Assembly: GCF_003704095.1 (NCBI RefSeq)
Contig: NW_020846801.1
Span: 186,001 to 250,000 of the forward strand
From: Pocillopora damicornis
Lineage: Eukaryota
Direction: 5' to 3'
DNA length: 64,000 nucleotides
Both the position numbers and the translations under genes were made by a program. Of the stretch, positions 12,440-24,300 are shown one piece after another (position 1 is the stretch's first letter; every line of letters begins with the position of its first letter). Under the pieces are notes generated by a model. It saw nothing but the letters and a program-made list of their open reading frames with translations. It did no database searches and was not told where the DNA came from.

Positions 12440-12755
12440 CAATTTATGTTAAGTGTCTGACGTTATGGTTCTATGCTAGCCACTGTCATCCGAAACATCT
12501 GCTTAGGAACTTAGAATCATGAAGTCTACAGAACCATGATAATCTTACAGTGGCATAACAGAATGGTTTTAAAAAAGCTGCGGCATTAGATGTCACAAAC
12601 CCACCAATTCTTCAAATGTGATTAGTACTGCTCGTATTGATTGTCATGTGCCAAACACTACACAGAGGCTGTATAGAAGAAACTGCTCTCAACCCCACTA
12701 GATAATTTAAAGGCTGAGGTGAAAGGTGAAGAGTTTCTATTTCCAATAAACCGAG
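12440..12755 (+). pseudogene. Decayed last exon of dehydrogenase (copy D)
   Basis: GAACTTAGAATCATGAAGTCTACAG, AAAGCTGCGGCATTAGATGTCACAAACCCACCAATTCTT and GATAATTTAAAGGCTGAGGTGAAAGGTGAAGAG align to exon 3 of the other copies, with deletions and a stop. Confidence 0.8.
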
Positions 12756-13412
12756 ATAAGAAATGATTATGACATGAATCAAACTATACATATGTTGGGG
12801 GGTGGACAAGGGGTCAGAATCTCCCGCTTCCCGTGCCACGTTCTCCCGTCTCCCGTACTTTTGTGCCCCTTTGCCTCCCAACTCCCACCCTTCATTGTGT
12901 TGCTCCCGTTTTCAGGTTAATCAAGAGGATCAGAAACCTGTAAAGTTTTCTGTATATTTGTTTTAAGTGATAAAACGCTCACATGGCTCCAAAGTATGTT
13001 GGTTTTCAAACCTTTGCTAGATAAGTATTTTTGACTGATTAATACCAGTGATAAACAACAAACTATCGCCTTCTTTATTTCTGCTCCCACTTTTCCCCCG
13101 TCCCCTGTTCTCCCACTTCCCGCCCTCTCCCACCCCCTGTTCTCCTGGGCTCCTGCCCCCCTCCACATATCTCAATTACACTGGAAACCCAAGCTAACTC
13201 ACTAGAGATAATGATTCAGTACCGGTAAACTTGTTAATTCTTGTTTATTACCATTTGTTTGCATTTATGGTAACATTTATAAATACAATTATAATAAGCA
13301 TTTTTGATTAAAAAAAATATCCTTAAAGTTTTCTTATAAATGTAATAGATTTCTTATTTTCATAAATTAATCATCTGATGTTGATTATATCAAAATTACT
13401 ATTAACAAGTTA

Positions 13413-13612
13413 AGAGTTGTGATATCTACTAGGTAACAATCACATCAACATCATATCTATTAAATAAAACTGATTCAGTCCATTGCATTTGAAAGAAATT
13501 CTTAATTTAAGAAGTTATGAGTTGTGATATCTATTATGTAACAATCACATCAACATCACATCTATTAAATAAAACTGATTCAGTCCATTGCATTTGAAAG
13601 AAACTCTTAATT
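13413..13612. repeat. Two-copy tandem duplication, period about 105 bp
   Basis: GAGTTGTGATATCTA...AACAATCACATCAACATCA...CATTGCATTTGAAAGAAA is repeated twice almost exactly. Confidence 0.8.
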
Positions 13613-13707
13613 TCAACGATCAGTAATTGCAGCTGTTTCTCTTCATTGTGATAGAGGCTGGTGTCATAGCCTTTAAGTGGGCCTTCATCATTAGTGCTGC
13701 AGCAAGT

Positions 13708-14086
13708 TTAACCCTTTGACTCCCAAGATTATTCTTCTTACTGTCTGCCATACAATTTATGTGATGTTAGTTTGGAGAATTTAGAATTGGATCAACCAAT
13801 AATCCCCCAAGTGATATTTTTCTTTATTCTCATTACTTGTCTGCTTGATATCATATTGATAGTGTAAGGAGAAATTCTGTCTAGGTCACAAGTATGACTT
13901 AAACGGTTAACTCCCATGAATGACCAAGACAGAATATCTCCTTACAATATCAAGCAGACAAGTGATGAGAATAAAGAAAAATATCAGTTAGGGGATTATA
14001 AGTTCATCCAATACCAACTTTTCCAACCTAACATCACAAGAACTGTATTAGAATTACTAATGAGATCTTGGGAAATAAAGGGTTAA
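13708..14086. mobile_element. Two adjacent, oppositely oriented TTAA-flanked MITE copies
   Basis: TTAACCCTTT at 13708, shared TTAA at 13907-13910, AAAGGGTTAA at 14077-14086. The two halves are largely reverse complements. Confidence 0.65.
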
Positions 14087-14119
14087 GGCCTTGAATAAAG
14101 CAAGTAGGCACAAAATATT

Positions 14120-14368
14120 TGGGCCAGGTTGTTCAAAGCTGGGTTAAGAAAACCCAGGGTTTGGTAGTGTGAAATCTGATTTCAGATTTGAAAGCTTTAT
14201 CAGAAAACTCAGAAACATTCCTTTTGTCTACAAGTTATTGATCCATGGATGCCCTGAAAAGGATGGAGAAAATTATCCAAAAAAGGCTTTTGAACAAAGG
14301 AATAAAGAAACCCAGATTAAAATCTAACCCTGGAGTAGTGCTGATTGGACTTCAAACAACTAGGCCCA
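14120..14368. mobile_element. MITE with terminal inverted repeats TGGGCCAGGTTGTTCAAAG / CTTCAAACAACTAGGCCCA
   Basis: Imperfect TIRs of about 19 bp around a non-coding interior. Confidence 0.55.
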
Positions 14369-14471
14369 GACCTCTCGCAGGCAAGCATTGCTCAAAGGCG
14401 AAGAAACACCCTTACTGAAACACTAACAATGAGAGCATGCTGGCAGGCTTGTGATGTCAGGTCAAAAGGAC

Positions 14472-17400
14472 CTACTCCACACCCTTAAAATGGGTCATAA
14501 CAACTAAGTGCACAATATTGTGCCCTCTCAGAATCTCCTGAGACACTTGTCTGTGGTTCCAATGGAGGACATCTTTGCCATTTACTGATTTTAAAAACAT
14601 TCGTACCTACAAGAGGAAAGTCTTCATATAATCAAAGTGTTACACAATCATTCTTGGGTTGGAAAAGGTTGAAAAAAACAGTTGTTAAAACCCTCAGCAA
14701 TGAATTGAGAGGCCAAGTCCAATTTTAAAGGCATTACTGGGTGTCTTGTGGTTCCCAAGGTGAAGAAAAAAGAAAAAATTTGAAATAAATTTTCTGCATA
14801 AGAGAACAATTGGCTATCTGAGTTCAGCAGTTGGATAGCAAGGTAAAACATCACAATTACTTAAAGTGCTCATTGTCCAAAGTGAAAGTGAGATAAACAA
14901 CTGCATAACACATAGTGTAACATTTCAGACCATGTTCTTTTCCATTTTTTAACCTTTTACGATTTATTAAGATTACCAAATGGTGACTTTGAAATAAGTT
15001 CAGCTTGTTCAAAACAAACTGAAATTTAACTCAAATAAAACTTGGAAGTCATCTGAGAAGTTACTTTTGACTGCCTCCATAATTGAAGTACATTGTGGCA
15101 AATAACTGGTTACCAATACAATAAGTTGGTTAGCTTGGTTGAAACTGAACTAAACAACTGAACCAGATAACGTGTCTTTAATTAAACTTTTTACATGACA
15201 ATCACTGTGATAATTATTGCAATATATGAATTTAAGTGGAGTGCACCACCCTATGCATCATTATAAGCAGCACTTGCAATTAATAATTATAATAAAATGA
15301 AAGTTCAGCACAAAAACACATACCCCTTCCTAACCAAACATGAAACCTCACTAATTATCAGTTGACTGTTGTTAGGTTAAGGAAGGGTCAGGTGTCCAGT
15401 TGCTTAGATACTGACATTGACCCCAACAGCAACACTCCTTATCCTTTTTACAACAAAAGCAGAGACAGGTTCTGGACAAAACAACCTGATTTAAGTCATG
15501 TTCAGTTGTGACCAGTGTAAATAGAAAAGATGGACATCTCACACAGAACAAAGGAAGGGGCAGTGGATGGAAAGATATTACAACAACAAACAAGTCATAC
15601 TGTTCTGACCTTTAACCCAGCAGCGGCTCCAGGACCTTTAGGATCAACTGTTTGGACATAGACAGGACTAGACCCCCGCACAACAAATCCAAAACCAACT
15701 GCATCACTCTTAACCTATAATGCAAAAAGAAAAAGCTTGCTGCTCTGGGATCAATTTTAGTATCTGAGCAACTACACACCTACCCCTCCCCTATCCCAAC
15801 ATTAACCCTGACTTGTTATCAGTTGATTGTTGTTAGGTTAGGGGAGGGGTTGTTGAGTAGTTGCTGAGAAACTGAGGTTGCTCCATGTTCTACAAGTATT
15901 AATTGGCCAACAAAATACATTTCTCTATTCTGCACTTTGAGAAGGGATGGAGTACTTACACTTATATTTTTCATGACATAAGGTCCATTTGGATCCATTA
16001 ACTCTCCTGTGGTAATTTCTCTGACAATAACTAAAAAAAATGAAGAGAGAGAGAAAAGAAAACAAAAAATTAATTAATACCTTAAAAAAGGCTACTTCTG
16101 AGTAACATTTGCGCCAGTGAACAAAAGTACAATACAAAATTAATGCATAGGTCACATCCCTTAGTTTGGTGTTCTCTCAACCCAGGATCTGATCATCAAT
16201 TCTCCCTTCTAGCTGCTACACATTTCCTTGTAAATAAGTCACATGAATTTAGTGATAGATCAGAACCACCAACCTCTACTTGATAAGTTTGAATATCCTC
16301 ATTACATGTTGGCTGGATAATGTGTGGATATCTTAGGGAGAAGTTACATGTTAATCACTTCTGGGAGTTAAAGGGTTTAACTGTCCAGTCACATCCTGTA
16401 CCTGGTCTGGGTGACTGGCTTGAACTACCACTTGAGGGGAAAAAAACTGGACTGTCTGGAGATCTTTCATAATCTGCAATTAGTTAAAGTTACTTGTAAG
16501 GTTAAACAATTCAGGAAAAATTTTAGGATATTAATATCATGTTTGTCTAAAACTGAATAAGTAACTTCAAAGAAAAACCAACCCTACCAAAGCTTTAAGA
16601 ACCTGAGCCAATCAATTCTAGATGGTAGAGCAAATATGTTTCAAAAAAACAAAACAACTCAAAATACTGGTGCAACAGTGACATGGTTGTTAAATTGGAG
16701 TGGGAAATGCACCCTTCCCTCATTCAAACATTTATTTCATTACTTTGGACAACTCTGCTACAAAGGAACTAAAAATTAGAAGAAATGTCTAGGTTCAACA
16801 GTTGCCCTGACGGAATTATTCCCTTCTCCTCACCAAATTGTTCATCCAATTCTGGTCTTTCTTTTGCAAAAGGAACTGGGCTGGACCTTTGTGTGTTCAG
16901 AGGAGGTAGATTCCTCCGCCTGAAATTTCTTGGTGAGCCTGGCTGCTTATTATCAACAATTCCCAGTGCGTCCACCATTTTCTTGTTTACTACTTTGTCA
17001 ATCATAAACTGATAAAAGATATTTTCATCACGGAAGTGAAATTCATCCGTAACTGAAAGAGAAAGAATACTAAAGTTTAGAGGTTGCCCTGTAAAGGAAG
17101 CAGAGGACTCTCTAAATAGGCAAAAAGCTTACTCTTTTTCCAAAGAGGTAATATATCCTTTTAAACCCAAACCTCAGTATCCATATTCTCCAAACTGCTC
17201 TCTATACTGACAAGGAGAATTTGTTACATAATTGTAGCTTCTTAGGTTGATGATCATTTCCTCTATTCTTGTGATCTTCATGAATGATTGAGCAGTATTA
17301 ATGTACGGAGAAATGAGATGCTGGTCACTCTGTGCAATATTTACATATCCCACTTTAACTTAAGATCACATACAACATGCAAACACTAAGTAATAAAAAC

Positions 17401-19989
17401 ATTACAGCTTCAGTGCCACATAGCCACCAAACACAGGCTGTCACCCTTTACATTCTATCATCAGCATGCATATTCTCCATAATGTTCTCTATACATTCCC
17501 TAAATATAAAATTTAAAAGACTATTGCATAGACAGCTGCTGAACATTTTGATGTAAGAGGATAGTTAGTTGACGTCCATACTTTAATTGATAAATTTAGA
17601 AAATTAAAATCTTTTTGGTTTCATTTCTTGTTGTTGTTTTTTGCATGTAATTTTATTCTACTTGTAATATGTAATACCTAATTGGCTTATCTACAATTTA
17701 TTGTACTGTTTTTCATCGTTTGTGTATATGCATGCTCTCCTAGTCATTTCCTCTGTTCAGTCAAACTTGTTATTGAAGAATTAATTTTAATGTTTGTTTT
17801 AGTTTCTCTCCCACCTTGATCAGCTTTTCTATTTTGTGGGTAGGGATTGTTAATAATAATACGCCTATAGCCCGAACATGGGTATATCCACAGTTTTCCT
17901 CTGTTCAGCTCTACATTGAGCCCTTCTCTTTTCATAATCCTGGACCCTCTTAGAGTTGTATGCGTCACAGACTACCCTTAGGGATTGTTAGATATGTATT
18001 TTAATTGCTAAAATAAATAAAGTTTGTTGTTGCTGTTGTTGTTGGTGGTACTGACAAAGTAAATTTGTTTATAAATCAGGAGCTTCTTTAGTTGGTGATC
18101 ATTTCCCTTATTCTCCTGACCTTAATTGTTGATTCAGGGGTGATATTGTAAGGAGAAATTAGATGCTACAGTGTAGTCAAAAGGATCAAAGGCCTAAAAT
18201 GTACATTTTGTCTCAAGTGCTTAATGAACTGCTAGCATTCTGGGTCTTTTTAAAGTACCATGCTTAATAATTCCCTGGTCTAACAGCTCTCTTCCAAGTA
18301 CAACTCCATGTGCTCTGTCAGGAACTTCACTCTTTTGTATTAACCAGTCTACCAGCTCATATCCTGTGAAACAGTTCCTAAAGACAAAGTCATGACAAGG
18401 GCGTAACTTGATTAAATGGCTGTCCTCGTTCTTTGCCCTGCAACAGAAAAAGAAGTAAAGAGTCAGTTACCACGAGACTCAGAAAATCAGAGACCTGAGT
18501 TGTTGGCAAATTGAAATGATAAGCATAAAAATAAATAAGACTTCCTTCGTTAAATTCACCTGTAGTAAATATCACAACCCTTATATATTACATCAAGGTC
18601 AGAGTTTTTCACAACTGTATTATCATCTCTTCGAAATCTGTAAAACAACATCTCATCTTTGAAGTGATGGTCATCAACAACTGTCAAAGAAAGAAGAAAA
18701 AAAAGGAGAGGAGTTGGATGATAGAAGAGTCTTTACAAATAAAATCTTATTAAGACTGCAGGAGACAATTGTTGGTTGGTGGTCAGCATCCTTGAAGTAG
18801 CGTCAAAAGACATGGGAACTTGGTGCCCCAAATCCACCCATCAAGTGTTAACCAACTAGATTACATATTGCCGTGGGTCTCTTCAGTAAAATAATTATCA
18901 TAGATAACCTGAAAATGTGGTAAGAACAAGAAAGTGGTGCATGAGACGCAGCCAAGTATTTATTCCAATTTCCACATTTTGATGTCTTCTGCAATCTATT
19001 ACTGAACAGACTTCATTACTTTGTGATAAAAAGAAAAATTTTTAACAGTTATGTTTTTTTACGACTAATGGTTGAAACTTGTCGCTTTTTACGACTAAAC
19101 GGTGAACTCGATTGGAACCCTCTTAAAGATGATCGTTGCAGAATCTTAACCAACCTTGTGAATGCAGTATTAGTAAGTATCATGTCAAATTGCTACTTGG
19201 CAAAGATTAAGTTCAACACGAACGTTACCGCCAAATGACAAAATGACAACCGGAGCCAGGCTTGTGTCAGGCATATCAATTAAGTCAGACTTAAGTTTAG
19301 CTGAAGTGCTCTATAAATACATAGAGCGTTAATCAACCAAGATATGGTAAAAACAGCAAACCTCCTGTTCCATAACGACTTTGTATGAAATTATGCAAAG
19401 GTGAAAACATTGAAAAAGACGCTCATCCGAAACTCGTTGCATTGTTCTGGCAGATAGCTGGATTTAAGCCACTCAGCGCGATACGTCACTAAAGAGCTTT
19501 CTCTATCAACAGAGAGCGTTTACAGCCGCCCTAACTAATCGCTAACATAGCGATAATAGCGTGAATAGATTCTTCCCTCAGACAAAATGCAATAAATAAT
19601 GTAAGTACAAGTACTGTGTTGTTGTAGAAAAAGGAAAGGTGTGAAAGTATAGGATTAATTAGCAGCTTAACCTTTAATTATCAATTCGTCATGGGCTGGT
19701 GCGCTTGAGCGTACCGAGGCAGCTTTTTTTTTTTAGACCTACCGTGATGAATTACTCCATTTTCCAAAAGAATATCCATACATTGTACAGCTCCTGCACG
19801 GCTGTTAGCGTCGCTATTTTTCATCAACCAGTCAACAACGTCTCGACCTATAAAACAGCAAGGATACATACGGAGGTGATATCGCCTGTCTCGAATCATT
19901 GGAGGCTCTTGCTCGCTGTGCAACCGGCTCCTCAAGTGCTCTCCAACCAAAATGATATGCAAAGCTTTAAGAGAGAGTTGTTCGTTCAT
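14472..19989 (-). CDS. DEPTOR: DEP domain-containing mTOR-interacting protein (DEP-DEP-linker-PDZ, about 382 aa)
   Basis: Exons 19989-19743, 18680-18560, 18437-18259, 17052-16834, 16473-16402, 16030-15960, 15714-15610 and 14606-14472, all in phase. DEP1 GEHLRSRLH...IRDRRYHLRMYPCCF...HFKDEMLFYRFRRDD; DEP2 NCFTGYELVDWL; PDZ SDAVGFGFVVRGSSPVYVQTVDPKGPGAAAGLK...SVNG. Confidence 0.92.
15748..15884. mobile_element. Short fold-back MITE in DEPTOR intron
   Basis: The arms CTGAGCAACTACACACCTACCCCTCCCCTATCCCAACA and TGTTAGGTTAGGGGAGGGGTTGTTGAGTAGTTGCTGAG are imperfect reverse complements. A partial relative lies at about 15320-15420. Confidence 0.55.
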
Positions 19990-20184
19990 TTTCAATAATG
20001 AAAATATCAAATATGTGCCTCATAGCCAAAAGAACTGTGCAAAATCCACACAGCTGTGCAAAATCCTCACAGCTGTTACATGATCTCGTCGTGAGGAATC
20101 CGAAACCTTGAAGTGGAAGGGAAGGAGGAGGGTGGACTGGGGTGGAGTTGCCCCTTGCCTACCGACTGGGTGACAAGGTGAGGG

Positions 20185-20410
20185 ACTGAGCGCTTGACTG
20201 AGTGACTGACTCACTGTCTGACTGACAAAGAGACTGCCTACCTGAGCACTTGATAGACTGGGTGACCAAGTGACTGACTGACTGGCAGACTGAATGACTT
20301 GCAGATATAGTGGGTCACAAACTGCCTAAATGACTGAGTTATTGAATGTTTAATTACTGACTGACTATATTCTGTATCAACAAAGCAATGTCCCACTGAC
20401 TGACAGACAA
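20185..20410. repeat. Degenerate (GACT)n simple repeat
   Basis: Many GACT/CTGA units. Confidence 0.65.
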
Positions 20411-21372
20411 GTTGTTGCACTATAATTTCTCCTGAATCAGTAAGTTGATTTACCCCATGTTTCACTGGTCAAGCTGTTATAATGTAAGTCTTTCCTGAAT
20501 AGCTACTTCTTGAGTTGTTTGTTTCATTTCACCCCCTCACAAGGTTGATGCTGCTTTTAGAGAAAAGGCTGTTCTTTTTTGTAAAAAATGTTCCAGCCTT
20601 TGAAAAAAATCTGTCATATTACTCCCTTCCCTTCCCATTTTCTTCAATGGTCACTCTCCTTTATAGAGAAGAGGTTTAAATATAGAACATGTGCTACATA
20701 ACATGCTGTTTAACTCTTGACAAAACATTTTTGCAGCATCTTATATCATGTGATTTAAACCAAAGAGACAACAACGCAAGAAACATTCCAGTGACATTCA
20801 ATCAATATATGCTTCATCAAACTGCAGCTCCTTTAGATTAAAGAAAGGTCTTGCACCACCCCTTTATTTTTCACTCAAACAAACATCTTATTACTTTAAT
20901 ACTAATTGCATACCTTGAGGGATTGATCATGACACATTTAACCAAGAAAAATTCATTTATTTTCATTATGACATACGAATGAATAAGAAACGTTTAATAA
21001 CACTATGTAAAAAATGGTTCACATTTGTAGTTGACTGGGTTCAACTAGCCATGGTTCATTTATGCTTTAAATACCTCTAATGAGCTCTATACAAAATCGC
21101 CCTCATATTAAAAGATGGCAAGTTTCAAATGTTACTATATCTTTTTTCTATTATCATTTGGATCAAGAGAGTGCAACTAGAAACTGAAAACTTTCAAAAT
21201 AAAAGCACAACTTCGCATAGCCAATGAAAGAACAATTGTAATATAAATAATTAATTCACAATTAATTAAGCTAAATGTACCATGTCATCTACATTTTTTA
21301 TACACTTAAATTAATAAGTTCATCTTATCCTTTTATTTGTAATGCCAAATAATTTTTAGGGAGATTCCAACT

Positions 21373-24300
21373 TCAGCAAAAATCCAGAGATTGATCAAAG
21401 GAATGTTTCTCCTCTTGTGTTAGGGTTGTGTTAAGGGTGCAGGCACTATCATCATGGGAACGTCCACTCATCATGCGGCAGAGCGTGTACTTACGACAAC
21501 TATCATCGCATGAATCGTGTCGTGCAGATTTTGTGTAATATCTAAACAAATATTAAAAAATATTAACAAAAGTCCAGAATATAAATCACTTATAAGGATC
21601 CTANNNNNNNNNNNNNNNNNNNNNNNNNNNNNNNNNNNNNNNNNNNNNNNNNNNNNNNNNNNNNNNNNNNNNNNNNNNNNNNNNNNNNNNNNNNNNNNNN
21701 NNNAGGACATCAGTACTGTACCTAATTGATGTAGAGACATAAGAAACACCAACACATCAAGTTCCTACATATTATATGCACAATAAATCTTTCATATGGT
21801 GCCCAGGGTACATACCGTATTCTCTGACTAAGCACCCACGCCCTGATAAGCAACCTCCTCCAAATAGGTGCCCACTCCCTTGGTCATTATAACAAACTGG
21901 TAGCCCTCTTGAATTAGTCCTCCCCCCCTCCTCTCTCACCTTAAATAATATAGCTACAAGGAAAACCTGTTTCTACTGGCACTTTACTTCATTTATCACT
22001 TTTTAGGCTTCAAATAAAGCAGAATCAGTACAAGAGAATAATAACCACCCTCCTCAGCAACCTCTTTCCAATCAGCACCCCTCCTTTTAGCCAAAATTTG
22101 CTCTTAATCAAGGAAGTACAGTACTTTCAGATTTAGGTAACAAGCCAGCGCTTATTGAAGGGGGTGCCTTATTAAGGGATAGCACTTGTTAAATTTTTTC
22201 AAACTTATAGCCAATTACATATCACTCATTAAATGTTTTAACATAGACTGATTCTTTTACTTTAAATGATGACTGATAAGGGGGGAGGGGAAACCTCATT
22301 TACAGGGTGGTGCTAATTATGGCACACACACACACACAAAAAGTAATAAAAAATGGAGAGTTCATTTTACCCTAGAACTGTTTACATAATCACCATCCAC
22401 TTCATAAATCCTGTATCCAGGGTTAAGTTGTTGGTAAGTTGTAACACTTGGTCCAATATAGGCAATGCTGTCGAGAATAATCAACATATTATGAATCAGC
22501 CAAACAGGCACAACCATTAACTGTCTCTGTCTCAAGTCGCACTTCCATGAAATGTCCATTATATCTGTTGTCATGGTTTGATAAACATACCAACAGAGTT
22601 TCACTACAGCTTGCATATCTGGAAAAATTTGGCCTGAATGCCCAGAGTTCAGTAGTTGAAATCTGGGTTAATCAGCAGAGCATGGTGGGGCAGGTGGGTA
22701 GTGAAATCTGTATAAAGACACAGGACTGGTAGACTGGCAGTTACTCATGATGGGATTGGTATGTTCACAGTTACAACAATTGGAGCAGGAACGACAAATG
22801 TTCACAAACAGATGTTTCTTGTCTGCAGTGATTTGTTACTGACAGTTCTATCACCTTAGATTTAAACATAGGTGTTGTTGTAGTTCAGATAAGCAACGTA
22901 ACAGACATTTTATTCGAACTCTAACATCCGAAGGACATGCCTCATGCACATGCGCCAATACATTTGTGTTGCGTAAGAAACTATGACAGGTGTACTCCTG
23001 GTAAAACATTAATGAATACCTCTCCAATTTCTAATACATTTTTCTGGACATTATACTTTCAAGTATTTATCAAACTTTTGTTCCTCTGCACCATTACATG
23101 TATTTAAAAAAAGGCAGGCAATTGCTTAAAAGTAATAATAATAACTCTTACTTTGTGGGTCTTTTCCTAGTCTTTTCATCATAAAAGATTTCAAACTCAT
23201 CAAGGTGTGTATGAGCAAAGAACTGGGCTGTGACCGTACTCTCATAACGATTTATAATCCTGTAGTAATTCCAGCTCCAAGGCGTCAGACAGTCACCACT
23301 GCCAGGAGGAATATGGCCAATAATGTGAACCTGAAATCAAATATAAGCAGCTTTATACCCATATCTATTCAGCTCCTTCAAAGTAGCAGACATCTGCATG
23401 CTTGTTAAATCTTGTTAAAGTACAGCTTAAAAGGTTAAATTAAAATTTAAACAGACAAATATAATTTCAAAAGTTGCTTCACAACTTTTCCATTCACACC
23501 AATCTATTTTTTCCCAGCTGAATGGTGCTCTCATCACAAGAGTTTTGATTCTCACCTTTATAATTTATTTCAGATCGCTACTAACCTATTTTTGTATTCT
23601 ACAAATATTCTTGTTAAACCCATTATCAACAATTATAACCAATCTGAAAAGATCAGCTTGGATTTCAGATTATTTCCAAGCCCCAGAGTGGTCCCTTTTA
23701 ACCCTACTGGTTGTCATCAAGATCTACAAATAAGAAATGTGACAATCAACATAACATCCTCTGGTTGATAAGTCATAAATACTCATCACTAAACTGGTGA
23801 ATATGACGTATTACAAGAAGAAGGTGTGGTGCAGTACATGTCACTCACGTCTTAAAAGCTGAACTCTCTCTCTAAGATAAAACCAACCTTTTCACCATTG
23901 TCTTCAGCTTCTTGTAGAGTGTCTATCAACCACTGCAGTTGATGAGCAGGATCATAGTTATCGATTAAAAGCCACCTAGAAGAGGTAAATATAGAATTTA
24001 AAATAACAAAAAACAAGGTCTTTCATGCATGGCATACAAGACTGAGTGTGTATAAAACAAAATCAAATGACACAGCAAATAAATACCACATAAAAATAAA
24101 TGGTTTGAGCAGATAAACAGTTGACATACCAGTTCATATTGTTACAGTAGTTCATGTTGATTGAAATTATCCTAAATCCTTTTGACATATAGACTGTGTA
24201 GAAGATTCCTCTATGGGTAGAGAACAATAAGAAGCAATTACAGTTATGGCAAAAGTAATTAACCTTGCCAAGATTAAACTATGTTTTGAGGGTATCTGCC

